64,000 nt of DNA from Alphaproteobacteria bacterium (GCA_965214705.1 CBDCCI010000002.1:1888001-1952000), one strand, 5' to 3'. Counted from the stretch's first letter, positions 9,175 to 19,340 are shown. The notes: generated by a model not told the origin, from the sequence alone. Program-made: numbers and translations.

Positions 9175-11438
9175 TGGCTCTCACCCCTCGCCGGCAAGGA
9201 GGGCTCCGTCCCGGCCGCGGCGAAGACGAGCGTGACACGGGCTCCGCCTTCGGCCTCGTTCTCGAGGATCAACCGGCCACCGTGATCCTCCATGATCCTT
9301 CGCACGATGGCGAGGCCGAGGCCCGTGCCATCGGCGCGGTTCGTGACGTAGGGTTCCGTCAATCTGTCGCGCAGCTCGGCGGGTAGCCCCGGACCGTTGT
9401 CCTCGACCTCCACCCGCCAGTGCCGGTCGACTTCACCCACGCGAATGACGATGTGCCCTGGTGGACCGGCGTCGGGTGCTCGGCTCTCGATCGCTTCGAC
9501 GGCATTCTTCAGCACGTTAGTAAGCGCCCGGCCAATCTGGTGTACGTCGCAGTTGAGGTGAACGTCGTCGTCGGGACGCTCGATTTTGATGGCGATCTCG
9601 GGGTTCGCCAGACGGTGCAGGGCGACCGCTTGCTCGACGATGCCCGTCAGCTCCGCCCGTTCGATCACGGGCGCCGGCATCCGCGCAAACGACGAGAATG
9701 CGTCGATCATTTGGCGTATGTCGCCGACCTGACGGACGATGATGTCGGTGCAGTCCTCGAACACTTCCGGTTCGGTGCTGATCTCGCCGAGATATCGACG
9801 CTTCAGCCGCTGGGCGGAGAGTTGGATTGGGGTCAGAGGATTCTTGATCTCGTGGGCGATGCGCTGGGCGACGTCGGCCCACGCCGCCCGCCGCTGCGCC
9901 GACACCAGAGCGGAGATGTCGTCGAAGGTAACGACGAAGCCGTCAATCTCTTGGCCATCACGTTCGGTCACGATACGCACGAGCAAGGTGCGGCGGCGCT
10001 CGCCGCGAACCAATTCGACCTGATCCTCGACCAAGGGCTGGGGCTGCGTTCGCGCCTGGGTCAGCAGGTCGGCCATTTCCGGGATTGCCTCTTGGAACGC
10101 CTGGCTGGAGAGGTCATCTTGCCTCGCGTCCAGCAACGCAAGAGCTGACGGGTTGGGCAGCGTGATCAGCCCGTCCGCGTCCAGGCCGATGACGCCGGCG
10201 GAGACGCCGGCAAGCACCGCCTCGGTGAAGCGCCGCCTTTCGTCCAGTTGCAGGTTGGCGTCTTGCAGCTCCTGCTGCTGGCTGTGGATTTGACCGGTCA
10301 TCCGATTGAAGGCGCGGCTGAGGGAGCCCATTTCGTCGTCTTGCGGGGGTTCATCGACACGCGCTGCAAGCTCGCCGGCGCGAACCCGGTCCGCGGCAGC
10401 GATGAGGCCGCCGATCGGATGGGCGATGCGGTTTGCGAATTGGAGCCCGAGCCACACCGCTGAGAGCAGGACAAGAAGAGCGACCAGGATGAAAATCATC
10501 ACGAACGTGATTTGGATGCCGTAGCGCTCATCCTCGAGGCGCTGGTAATCCCTCGTCACGGCCTGGATTTGGCGGGTGTGAGCGATCACGTCTCGTTGCA
10601 GCGACCGGGCCACATAGAGGTAGCTGTCGATGAATCCGCCGAGCTTGATCAGCGCACGCACGCGGTCGTCCTCGGCCGGAAGGATCACGAGGCGCCCCTC
10701 GGCTGCGGCATTCATGGCCCATTCGGGCACGGGATCGATCACAGCAGCGAGGCCCAGGTCGCTGCGGGCCAAGATATCCCCGTTGCGGCGGAGAATAACC
10801 GCGTCGGTAAGCGAGAGCGCGTTGGCAGTGTCGTTCAGGAGTCGCGGCATGAGCTGAGGGCGTCGTGCAAGATGAACGGCCTGACCGTTGAGCTGCATGG
10901 CCGCAGCCAGGGTGCTGATGCGAATGCTGTCGCCCTGCTCCTGCACATAGGTCTGCGCGACGACCAGAGAACGGTTGAGAGCAGTCGAGACCTTCTCGCT
11001 GAACCAGGACTGCATCCCGAAGTGGAGAAAGAGTGCCGAGAACACGGCGACGACGATGGTCGGCGTCAAAGCCACGAGGCTGAACAGCGCCGCCATGCGG
11101 ATATGCATGCGCGCGCCTGCTGCCCCGCGGCGGCGCTCCATCCAGAGCTTCACCAGCTGCGAAGCGACCAACGCACCGAGCAGCAGCAGCAACACCAGGT
11201 CGATGTTGAGGAGAATCAGGATGGTCTGGGGCTCGGGGCCGAACGGCGCCGATCCGCTCATCGTGGCGTAGGTGATCGCACCGCAAATCACCGCGGCGCA
11301 GGCCAGCCCGATGGCGAGCCAGCGCCGCACATCGGGACGCTGCAACCACGACACGAAACGCTGGCGCAACGCGCTGCCCGCCGGGCGCGGGTCCGCGCTT
11401 GCGGCGGCCTCGGTTCGGATCAGCGCCTCGTCAGCCAT
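9156..11438 (-). CDS. ntrY: Sensor histidine kinase NtrY
   Basis: TM segments, HAMP, PAS, AHEIKNPLTPIQL H-box, GTGLGLAIV G-box; upstream of ntrX. Confidence 0.93.
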   Translation of the reverse strand: MADEALIRTEAAASADPRPAGSALRQRFVSWLQRPDVRRWLAIGLACAAVICGAITYATMSGSAPFGPEPQTILILLNIDLVLLLLLGALVASQLVKLWMERRRGAAGARMHIRMAALFSLVALTPTIVVAVFSALFLHFGMQSWFSEKVSTALNRSLVVAQTYVQEQGDSIRISTLAAAMQLNGQAVHLARRPQLMPRLLNDTANALSLTDAVILRRNGDILARSDLGLAAVIDPVPEWAMNAAAEGRLVILPAEDDRVRALIKLGGFIDSYLYVARSLQRDVIAHTRQIQAVTRDYQRLEDERYGIQITFVMIFILVALLVLLSAVWLGLQFANRIAHPIGGLIAAADRVRAGELAARVDEPPQDDEMGSLSRAFNRMTGQIHSQQQELQDANLQLDERRRFTEAVLAGVSAGVIGLDADGLITLPNPSALALLDARQDDLSSQAFQEAIPEMADLLTQARTQPQPLVEDQVELVRGERRRTLLVRIVTERDGQEIDGFVVTFDDISALVSAQRRAAWADVAQRIAHEIKNPLTPIQLSAQRLKRRYLGEISTEPEVFEDCTDIIVRQVGDIRQMIDAFSSFARMPAPVIERAELTGIVEQAVALHRLANPEIAIKIERPDDDVHLNCDVHQIGRALTNVLKNAVEAIESRAPDAGPPGHIVIRVGEVDRHWRVEVEDNGPGLPAELRDRLTEPYVTNRADGTGLGLAIVRRIMEDHGGRLILENEAEGGARVTLVFAAAGTEPSLPARGESQWPTIF

Positions 11439-11471
11439 CGCCCCTGTCGCTTGCCTGACCGCCGACCAAGC

Positions 11472-11816
11472 TCAGCTATCGGCCTCGCCGCCGTGCGGGC
11501 CGTAGAACACGACCCACACGTAAAGGTCGTCGCTGAAGTCCTCGAATACGTGCGATACGCCGGCGGGCACGAACAGCACGTCGCCGGGCTGGAAGGGATG
11601 GCTCACTGGCCCGTTACGAAAGGTCCCCCGGCCGCTCATGACCACGTAGACCTCGTCCTGGTCGTGGGGCTGCTGCGGGTCGGTGCCACGCGGCGCGTAG
11701 AGTCCGACACGGAGCGTCCCGCGTGAGATCAGCTCGGCCCAGGGCCTGCCGCCCGCCGGAACCTCGGCGAGGGCCGCCACCGCCTGGGCCAACGTGACCT
11801 GGCCCGGAGCATTCAT
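11472..11816 (-). CDS. Cupin domain protein
   Basis: QQPHDQDEVY and GDVLFVPAGVSH cupin motifs. Confidence 0.85.
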   Translation of the reverse strand: MNAPGQVTLAQAVAALAEVPAGGRPWAELISRGTLRVGLYAPRGTDPQQPHDQDEVYVVMSGRGTFRNGPVSHPFQPGDVLFVPAGVSHVFEDFSDDLYVWVVFYGPHGGEADS

Positions 11817-11838
11817 CGGGTTCTCCCTATTGCAGTCT

Positions 11839-12243
11839 TCAGCCGTCGTCCCAGACCCAGGCGATCTGCTCGGTGTCCTCGTACGCCTGCCAATGCACGA
11901 TGGCGCCGTCCACGATGCGGAAGTGCCAGGCCGTCTCTTGATGAAGGAGACGTCCGGTGTTCTTGGCAGCCGACGTCTCGTCGATGAGCACCATCACGTG
12001 CTCGCCCTCGCCGAACATCAGATTCACCGTGTGGTCGCGGATGTCCAGCAGGGCCCCGATCGCCTGGAAGCATTGCTTGATGGGCTCGCGCCCTCGCCAG
12101 CGGCCCGCCCACGCGACCTTGAACGAGCCCGGCAGGACCACCACCGCGTCCTCGGCAAGCAGGCTCATCATGGTCTGGCCGTCGCCGCCCTTGATCGCAT
12201 CCAGGAACTGCTGAACGACCCTCTTCGGTTCGTCGTCTGCCAT
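11839..12243 (-). CDS. SnoaL/NTF2-like protein
   Basis: VVQQFLDAI...LLAEDAV...WRGRE...FRIVDGAIV...YEDT pattern. Confidence 0.8.
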   Translation of the reverse strand: MADDEPKRVVQQFLDAIKGGDGQTMMSLLAEDAVVVLPGSFKVAWAGRWRGREPIKQCFQAIGALLDIRDHTVNLMFGEGEHVMVLIDETSAAKNTGRLLHQETAWHFRIVDGAIVHWQAYEDTEQIAWVWDDG

Positions 12244-12481
12244 GATCATCTGCTCCCTGCCGTGGATGCTTGCCCGTCCGCCGCTCTACGCGCCGCAGGC
12301 TTTCGCCAAGAGGCGCGTGCGGTCGCGTGCGACTGCCGAAGGCTCCATTGCCACGCTCCCGGTTCGACGCAGGGGCCCCCTGCCCTCACCGGCCATATGG
12401 TGACGCCCACTCATATTGCACCCCTGCCCCGGTGCTGTATACAGGGCCGTCCTGCACTCCCGCGCCTCCGAGGTGCCGCTC

Positions 12482-12682
12482 ATGGCCAGGATTTCCGCCG
12501 ATCTCATCGCCGCCCAAGCCACGGCAGCGGGGCGCAAACCGCCGAGCCCGGAGCGCGCAGCAGCCCTCGCCGTCGCGGTGGAGCTGATGGTGCAAGCGGC
12601 CGACGACGCGGCCTCCGGGCTCGCCTTCGAAAGCGAACCCGCGCACATCGTGATCGCCATGGATGAGACGGCGGCGCGCTGA
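12482..12682 (+). CDS. Small protein, possible amidase accessory subunit
   Basis: 66 aa, GAGG RBS, ends 1 nt before the amidase ATG; C-terminal LAFESEPA. Confidence 0.6.
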   Translation: MARISADLIAAQATAAGRKPPSPERAAALAVAVELMVQAADDAASGLAFESEPAHIVIAMDETAAR

Positions 12683-12683
12683 C

Positions 12684-14096
12684 ATGAGCGACGACATCCA
12701 CCTGTTAAGCCTGGTCGAGCTCGCCGACGCGATTGCCGCGCGGCAGCTCTCCGCCGTCGAAGTGATGACGGCAACAGTTGCCCGCGCCGAGCGACTTCAG
12801 CCGGTGCTCAACTGTTTCATCTCCCTGCAGGCGGAGGCGGCATTGGAGAGCGCGGCGGCTGCCGATGCCGCGCTTGCGCGAGGCGAGGCGCCGGGCCCGC
12901 TGCACGGCGTGCCGCTTGCCCACAAGGACATGTTCTACCGCGCGGGCCACGTCACCACTTGCGGCTCACGCATCCGCAAGGACTTCGTACCGGACCACGA
13001 CAGCACCGCCCTCGCCCGCCTCCACGGCGCCGGCGCGATCTACCTCGGCGGGCTCAACATGGCGGAGTTCGCCACCGGGCCGACCGGCCACAACGAGCAC
13101 TGGGGCGACTGCCGCAACCCCTGGAACCGGGATCACATCTCCGGCGGCTCGTCGAGCGGCTCCGGCTCTGCCGTCGCGGGCCGGGTGGTCTTCGGCGCGC
13201 TCGGCTCCGATACCGGCGGCTCGGTGCGGCTGCCGTCGGCCTGCAACGGCGTCGTCGGGCTCAAGACGACCGCCGGCCTGGTCAGCCGCCACGGGATCAT
13301 GCCGCTCTCCCACACGCTGGACACGGTGGGGCCGCTCACGCGCACCGTGCGCGACGCGGCCCGGATCGTCAGCGTGATCGCAGGCCACGACCCGCGCGAC
13401 CCCACCTCCAGCAACCGGCCCGTCCCCGACTACGATGCGGCGCTGGCGGAGGGCGTCCAGAGCCTCAGGATCGGCGTGCCGACGAGCTACTTCTACGACC
13501 TCGCCACCGACGAGGTGCGGGCGCTGATGGAACAGAGCCTCGACGTCCTGCGCGATTGCGGCGCCACGGTCGTCGAGGTCTCGGTGCCCGACATCGAGCG
13601 CATCAACAACCTCTCCAACGTGATCCTCTCCACCGAGGCGGCGGCGATCCACGAGCCTTGGCTGGTCAGCAGGCCCGAGGACTATCAGGCGCAGGTCCGC
13701 AACCGCTACGAGCCCGGCCTGCACGTGCCGGCGGTCAAGTACATCCAGGCCCTCGCCGCCCGCGCCGGGCTGCTGCGCGAGTTTGTGGATACCGCGCTCG
13801 ACGGCGTCGACGCGCTGCACACGCCGGCCATCCCCTTCCCCATCCCCACGCGGGAGGAGACGAATGTCGGCGGCGGCGACCGCATGGCCGCCATGGTCGC
13901 GGGCCTGAGCACGTGCACCCGCGCCGCCAACTACCTCGGTGGCCCCGGACTGATCGTGCCCTGCGGCTTCACCGAGAGCGACCTGCCCGCCGCCTTCCAG
14001 CTGATGGGGCGTCCGTTCTCGGAGGCGACCCTCTTCCGCCTCGGCCACGCCTACCAACAGGCGACCGACTGGCACACCCGGGCCCCCGACCTATGA
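12684..14096 (+). CDS. Amidase signature family enzyme
   Basis: GPLHGVPLAHKD, GGSSSGS, GSDTGGSVRLP (Lys-cisSer-Ser triad). Confidence 0.93.
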   Translation: MSDDIHLLSLVELADAIAARQLSAVEVMTATVARAERLQPVLNCFISLQAEAALESAAAADAALARGEAPGPLHGVPLAHKDMFYRAGHVTTCGSRIRKDFVPDHDSTALARLHGAGAIYLGGLNMAEFATGPTGHNEHWGDCRNPWNRDHISGGSSSGSGSAVAGRVVFGALGSDTGGSVRLPSACNGVVGLKTTAGLVSRHGIMPLSHTLDTVGPLTRTVRDAARIVSVIAGHDPRDPTSSNRPVPDYDAALAEGVQSLRIGVPTSYFYDLATDEVRALMEQSLDVLRDCGATVVEVSVPDIERINNLSNVILSTEAAAIHEPWLVSRPEDYQAQVRNRYEPGLHVPAVKYIQALAARAGLLREFVDTALDGVDALHTPAIPFPIPTREETNVGGGDRMAAMVAGLSTCTRAANYLGGPGLIVPCGFTESDLPAAFQLMGRPFSEATLFRLGHAYQQATDWHTRAPDL

Positions 14097-14172
14097 TCCC
14101 CGGTCCACGCCGTGCGGACGGGGGGCAGTCAACACAACCCAGGAATCTCGACGGAGGGCGAAAGCGATCCCG

Positions 14173-14562
14173 ATGAAGCTACACGGTACATTTTTCTGGA
14201 ACGAGCTGATGACCGGGAGCGTCGACAAGGCGAAGGCGTTCTACGGGGAGACCCTGGGCTGGCAGTACGAGTCGCACCCGATGGCCGACGGCGGCACCTA
14301 CACGCTCTGCAAGGCCGGCGAGACCATGGCCGCCGGCATCTTCGAGATGAAGCCGGGCACGGGCTTCGACGGCGTCCCGGACCACTGGTTCTCCTACATC
14401 ACCGTGGACGATATCGACGCCCGGCTCGCAGGAGTCGAGGCGGCGGGCGGCGAGATCATGCGCCCGGCCTTCGACGTGCCCGACGTCGGTCGCTTCGCCG
14501 TGGTCAAGGACAGCGCCGGCGCCTCCATCGGCTGGGTCACCCCGTTCGAGTGCAGCGAATGA
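14173..14562 (+). CDS. VOC/glyoxalase family protein
   Basis: GTFFWNELMT, AKAFYG, DVPDVGRFAVVKD. Confidence 0.9.
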   Translation: MKLHGTFFWNELMTGSVDKAKAFYGETLGWQYESHPMADGGTYTLCKAGETMAAGIFEMKPGTGFDGVPDHWFSYITVDDIDARLAGVEAAGGEIMRPAFDVPDVGRFAVVKDSAGASIGWVTPFECSE

Positions 14563-14577
14563 TCTAGGAGGCGCGCG

Positions 14578-15747
14578 ATCTACGACGCGATCGTCGTCGG
14601 CGCCCGCTGCGCGGGTGCGCCCACAGCCATGCTTCTGGCCCGCAAGGGCCACCACGTGCTGCTGCTCGACCGCGATCGCTTCCCCAGCGAGATGGGGCAA
14701 TCGACGCACCTGATTCATCCGCTGGGTGCCGCGCACCTGCGCGACTGGGGCGTACTGCCGCAGATCGCGGCGCGCGCCGAGCCCTTCACCGGGTGGCGGG
14801 TCGACCTGCACGGCACCGTGCTTGAGGGCGCGCCGCCTGCGGTGGACGGCCAGACCGAGTCCTACGGCCCCCGACGGCAGCTACTCGACGGAACGCTGGC
14901 GGAGGAGGCGGTCGCCGCCGGCGCGGAGTTCCGCGACGGCACGCGCGTGGTGGATCTGGTCGAGGATGGCGGCACGGTTGTCGGCGTCGTGACCTTGGGC
15001 CAGGACGGCAGGCGGCAAACCGAGCGCGCGCGCCTGGTCATCGGCGCGGACGGGCCCGCCTCGGTCGTCGCGCGCTGTACCGGCGCGAAAGAGTCCCTGT
15101 GCGAGCCGGTCGTGCAGAGCAACATCTGGAGCTATTGGGAGGGCATCCCGCTCGACCACGTCCGGCTCTACATCCGAGAGCACAAGGGAGCCTTCGCCTT
15201 CCCCGCGAGCGACGGCACCGTGCTGGTCGCCGCCAACCTGATGCACGACGAGTTCGTGGCCGCCCGCCGGGATCGCGAGGCAGCGTTCCACGCGAGGCTC
15301 GACGAGGTCGCACCGGACCTTCGCGAACTGCTGCCCGGTGCCAAGCGGGTCGAGGGCTTCCACGCCGGCTGCACGCGGGCCTTCGTGCGCGAGGCGGCCG
15401 GCCCCGGCTGGGCCCTGGTCGGCGATGCGGGCATGAAGAAGGACCCGGTGACCGCGCAGGGCATCTCGACCGCGTTCCGCTGCGCCGAGATGCTGGCCGA
15501 GGCCGCCGACGACGGGCTCAACGGCCGGCGCCCGCTCGAGGACGCGCTCACGGCCTACGGCGAGGCGCGCGACAAGTGGCTGCTGCCCTACTACCATTTC
15601 ACCGCCCAGCTCGCCCGCTTCGCCAGGCCGACGGAGACGCTGGCGGCCTACTACCGCGCCATCCAGCCCGACCCGGCCGCGACCGCCCGCCTCTTCGGTT
15701 GCGTCGCCCTCACCCACTCACCCGACGAAGTGCTGCCGCAGGCTTAG
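14578..15747 (+). CDS. FAD-dependent oxidoreductase (geranylgeranyl reductase/monooxygenase-like), apparent ATC start
   Basis: YDAIVVGARCAG Rossmann motif lies upstream of the first ATG; IGADG and LVGDAG motifs; AGGAGG 6 nt before ATC. Confidence 0.85.
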   Translation: MYDAIVVGARCAGAPTAMLLARKGHHVLLLDRDRFPSEMGQSTHLIHPLGAAHLRDWGVLPQIAARAEPFTGWRVDLHGTVLEGAPPAVDGQTESYGPRRQLLDGTLAEEAVAAGAEFRDGTRVVDLVEDGGTVVGVVTLGQDGRRQTERARLVIGADGPASVVARCTGAKESLCEPVVQSNIWSYWEGIPLDHVRLYIREHKGAFAFPASDGTVLVAANLMHDEFVAARRDREAAFHARLDEVAPDLRELLPGAKRVEGFHAGCTRAFVREAAGPGWALVGDAGMKKDPVTAQGISTAFRCAEMLAEAADDGLNGRRPLEDALTAYGEARDKWLLPYYHFTAQLARFARPTETLAAYYRAIQPDPAATARLFGCVALTHSPDEVLPQA

Positions 15748-15878
15748 TCCGGTTCCGTCGTCACGCTCGTGGCCTCGACCCAATGTGGGCCGTGACCGCA
15801 ATTGGAAATCCAGGCTAGTCTACGCGGCGCCAAGAGCAGCCGCTCCCTCGAGCGGCGGGCGAAGGACGGCAGGCGGAC

Positions 15879-17033
15879 ATGACCGAGGCGCAGCCGGCGA
15901 GCACTGAGACGGGCAATCGCGAGGCAGCCCTCGCCGCTCTCTACGACGACGTCCACCGCGGCCACATGTTCCCCTTCTGGGCGACTACCACCGACGTCGC
16001 ACACGACGAGATCAGGCAGCTCATGGGGAGCCGCGGCGCCATTCCCTACCTCTGGCGCTACGAGAGCGAGATCGGGCCCCTCCTCCGCCGCTCCGCCGAG
16101 CTGGTCTCGATGGCGGATTCCGAACGCCGCTCGCTGATCCTGGTCAACCCCGGCCTCGCGCCCACGCGCGCGACCGTCTCCACCATGTACAGCGCCTACC
16201 GCCTCAACGACCCCAACGAGGTGATGCCGCCGCACCGGCACTCGCCCAACGCCATCCGCCTCGGCCTCACGGGCTCGATGAACTTCACCGGCGTCGAGGG
16301 CGAGGACATCGTCTTCGGTCCCGGCGACATGGTGCTGACGCCGCAAGACACCTGGCACAACCACGGCAACAAGGGCGATGAGCCTGCCGTGAACCTCTCC
16401 GTACTCGACCTGCCGCTGGTGGAAGTCCTCAACGCGATCTACTTCGAGCACGACTACAAGGAAGAGAAGGACGGCCGCGCGGTCGCCGCGAAGGAGCAGT
16501 CCGCCCGCTTCAGCGCCGACTATTCGGCCGAGGTTTACGGCTCCGGCGGCCTGATGCCCTGCTTCGTGCCCCACGGGCGCGGCAGCGGCACCGGCTCGCC
16601 CATGTACGTCTACCGCTGGGAGCCCATGCGCGCGATGCTGGAGGCACATCGGGACCGTGACGGCGACCCTCACGAGGCCTTGATGGTGGAATACGTCGAT
16701 CCCACTCGCGGCGGTCCGGTGTTCAGGACCATGACCTTCTACGCGCAGATGCTCAGGCCCGGTGAGAAGACCCAGCCGCTCCAGCAGACCGCGAGCCTGC
16801 TCGTCTCCCCGCTCGAAGGGAGCGGCCACAGCATCGTGGGCGAGACCCGCTTCGACTGGCGGCCGTTCGACACGCTCGCGGTTCCCGGCGGCCAGTGGTG
16901 CCGCCACGTCAACGATTCCGAGAGCGAGCCCGCCATCCTCTTCGTGGCGAGCGACAAGCCGGCGCTCCACGCGCTCGGACACTTCAAGAAATGGGGCCGG
17001 GACGCCTCGGGCGACACGGTCCGCCTCGTCTGA
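15879..17033 (+). CDS. Gentisate 1,2-dioxygenase-like bicupin
   Basis: ERRSLILVNPGL, PPHRHSPNAIR, WHNHGN, EYVDPTRGGPV, SDKPA. Confidence 0.85.
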   Translation: MTEAQPASTETGNREAALAALYDDVHRGHMFPFWATTTDVAHDEIRQLMGSRGAIPYLWRYESEIGPLLRRSAELVSMADSERRSLILVNPGLAPTRATVSTMYSAYRLNDPNEVMPPHRHSPNAIRLGLTGSMNFTGVEGEDIVFGPGDMVLTPQDTWHNHGNKGDEPAVNLSVLDLPLVEVLNAIYFEHDYKEEKDGRAVAAKEQSARFSADYSAEVYGSGGLMPCFVPHGRGSGTGSPMYVYRWEPMRAMLEAHRDRDGDPHEALMVEYVDPTRGGPVFRTMTFYAQMLRPGEKTQPLQQTASLLVSPLEGSGHSIVGETRFDWRPFDTLAVPGGQWCRHVNDSESEPAILFVASDKPALHALGHFKKWGRDASGDTVRLV

Positions 17034-17079
17034 GGCGGGCCAGCCAGCGGCGGCATCTACCAGAGGGAGAACCACGGAC

Positions 17080-18003
17080 ATGACCACGGCAGCGGTGATC
17101 GGCCTCGGCACCATGGGGCCCGGCATGGCGGCAACGCTCGCGCGCGGCGGACTCACGGTCCGAGCCTTCGACACGGAGGCGACACAGTTGGAGAAGGCGC
17201 CGGGCACCGCCGGCATCGCCTTCGGCGTACTGGAGAAGCTGGGGATGCCCGATCGCGGCGGGGCCGAGCTGATCAGCTATCACGACACCCTCGCCGATGC
17301 CGTCGCCGGCTGCGATATCGTCCTGGAGAGCGTGCCCGAGAAGGTCGAGATCAAGCGAGCCGTCTTCGCGGACCTCGACAAGCTGGTCTCGAAGGAGTGC
17401 ATCCTCGCCTCCAACACCTCCGGCATCCCGGTGACCACGCTGCAAGAGGGCAACTCGGCGCCGGGCCGCGTCGTAGGCATGCACTGGTCGAACCCGCCCT
17501 TCATCATTCCGGTCATCGAGGTCATCGCCGGCGCCGAGACCACGCAGGCCACCTGCGACGCGATGGTGCAGGCGATCAAGGACCTCAACCTGCTGCCAGT
17601 GGTGGTCAAGAAGGACGTGCCCGGCTTCGTCGAGAACCGCATTCTCTACGCGATCATGCGCGAGGCCTGCGATCTGGTGGAGAACGGCGTGATCGAGCCG
17701 GAGGGGCTCGACACCTGCGTCTCCTGGGGAATCGGCTACAAGCTCGCCGTGGTGGGGCCGATGTCGCTGCTCGACATGGCCGGTCTCGACATCTACCAGG
17801 CGGTCGGCAGCTACCTGAATGCCGACCTCTGCAACCGCGACAACGTGAGCACCTACATCACCGAGCGGACGGAGAAAGGCGATCTCGGCATGAAGACCGG
17901 GACCGGAATTTTCTCGTACACGCCTGACGACATCAAAGCCCTGCAAGGCAAGCGGGCCGGCCAGCTCGTCGCCGTCCGCCGCGCCCTCGAAGGCCGCTCG
18001 TAG
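17080..18003 (+). CDS. 3-hydroxyacyl-CoA dehydrogenase family; close to 5-formyl-3-hydroxy-2-methylpyridine-4-carboxylate dehydrogenase
   Basis: IGLGTMGPGMAA, GMHWSNPP, KKDVPGFVENR, LDTCVSWGIGYK, LVAVRRALEGR recall the Mesorhizobium B6-degradation enzyme. Confidence 0.8.
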   Translation: MTTAAVIGLGTMGPGMAATLARGGLTVRAFDTEATQLEKAPGTAGIAFGVLEKLGMPDRGGAELISYHDTLADAVAGCDIVLESVPEKVEIKRAVFADLDKLVSKECILASNTSGIPVTTLQEGNSAPGRVVGMHWSNPPFIIPVIEVIAGAETTQATCDAMVQAIKDLNLLPVVVKKDVPGFVENRILYAIMREACDLVENGVIEPEGLDTCVSWGIGYKLAVVGPMSLLDMAGLDIYQAVGSYLNADLCNRDNVSTYITERTEKGDLGMKTGTGIFSYTPDDIKALQGKRAGQLVAVRRALEGRS

Positions 18004-18050
18004 CGCTCTGCCTAGGGACCAGAGATGAGCAACCGCAACACCCCTTTCTC

Positions 18051-18138
18051 GTCATGCCCGGACTCGTTCCGGGCATCCAATCTCGGAAGGCGCACTCCGT
18101 GCGCCCTCGTGGATGGCCGGGACAAGCCCGGCCATGAC
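18051..18138. repeat. Alphaproteobacterial REP/RIME-type inverted palindrome pair
   Basis: GTCATGCCCGGACTCGTTCCGGGCATCCA ... TGGATGGCCGGGACAAGCCCGGCCATGAC, intergenic. Confidence 0.85.
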
Positions 18139-18206
18139 GATGAGGGGCAAACGACACTATTACTGCGTATTGCCGGGGCGGGTCACTTGCCGCGCGAGGC
18201 CAAGTG

Positions 18207-19340
18207 ATGGCCGACGCGCACCGGACTCGCCGGATCGCCCATATCGACTGCCCCGGCGGCGGCCAGGTCTGGGTCGACGGCACCACGCTCTATATCGGCC
18301 ACATGCGCTGGCCGTCAGGCACCACCATCGTCGATGTGGCCGACCCGGCGAGCCCGCGCACGCTCGCGCGCATCGAGCTGCCGGAAGGCTGGCATTCGCA
18401 CAAGGTCCGCGCGGCTGACGGAGTCATGCTGGTCAACCACGAGCGCCTCGGCGGTGGCGGGAACGATGCCAACGGCTTCGGTGGCGGGCTCGGCATCTAC
18501 GATGTCTCCAACCCCGCCAAGCCGAGCCTCATCACCAAGTGGCGCACCGCCGGTAAGGGCGTGCACCGCTTCACCTTCGATGGCCGCTATGCCTATATCT
18601 CGCCCACGGTCGAGGGCTACGTCGGCAACATCGTGATGATCCTCGATCTGGCGGACCCGGCGCAGCCAGAAGAAGTCGGCCGCTGGTGGATCCCAGGCCA
18701 GTGGCAGGCGGGCGGCGAGGAGTACCCCTGGAACGACTGGGTGGCGCCCCGCTGCCATCATCCGCTCCGCCTCGGCGACCGGCTCTACGTCAGCTACTGG
18801 CACCACGGCCTCTTCATTCTCGACATCGAGGACATGTCCCGGCCGAAGCACGTGGCGGGTATCAACACCAGCCCGGCCTTCCCGCACCCCACCCACACCT
18901 GCCTGCCGTTCCCCTACAAGCTCAAGGGCCGGCACATCATGGTGGTGGCGGACGAGGACGTGGCGAAGCTCTGGCCCTCGCCGCCGGCCTTCGCCTGGGT
19001 CTACGACATCACCGAGGAGCGCTGCCCCATCCCCATCAGCACCATCGACGTGGAGGGCGTCGATCAAGACGGCAGCCCCCAGCCCGACATGACCGGCTGC
19101 CACCAGCCGTCGGACAGGTTCACCGGCAACGTCGTGCCCTTTGCCTGGTTCGCCCAGGGCCTGCGCCTGGTGGACGTGTCGGACCCGTTCGCGCCGCACG
19201 AGGTCGCGCGCTACGTCCCCGACCCGCCGGAAGGCTGCGAGCGCGCCTCCTCCAACGATGTCACCGTGGACGACCGCGGCCTTATCTACCTGATCGACCG
19301 CCAGCGCGGCGTCGACATCATCGAGACCGACGCTCTCTAA
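18207..19340 (+). CDS. LVIVD-repeat beta-propeller protein
   Basis: Repeated IVDVADP, IYDVSNP, ILDLADP, ILDIEDM, LVDVSDP; His-rich motifs HSHK, CHHP, PTHT. Confidence 0.85.
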   Translation: MADAHRTRRIAHIDCPGGGQVWVDGTTLYIGHMRWPSGTTIVDVADPASPRTLARIELPEGWHSHKVRAADGVMLVNHERLGGGGNDANGFGGGLGIYDVSNPAKPSLITKWRTAGKGVHRFTFDGRYAYISPTVEGYVGNIVMILDLADPAQPEEVGRWWIPGQWQAGGEEYPWNDWVAPRCHHPLRLGDRLYVSYWHHGLFILDIEDMSRPKHVAGINTSPAFPHPTHTCLPFPYKLKGRHIMVVADEDVAKLWPSPPAFAWVYDITEERCPIPISTIDVEGVDQDGSPQPDMTGCHQPSDRFTGNVVPFAWFAQGLRLVDVSDPFAPHEVARYVPDPPEGCERASSNDVTVDDRGLIYLIDRQRGVDIIETDAL

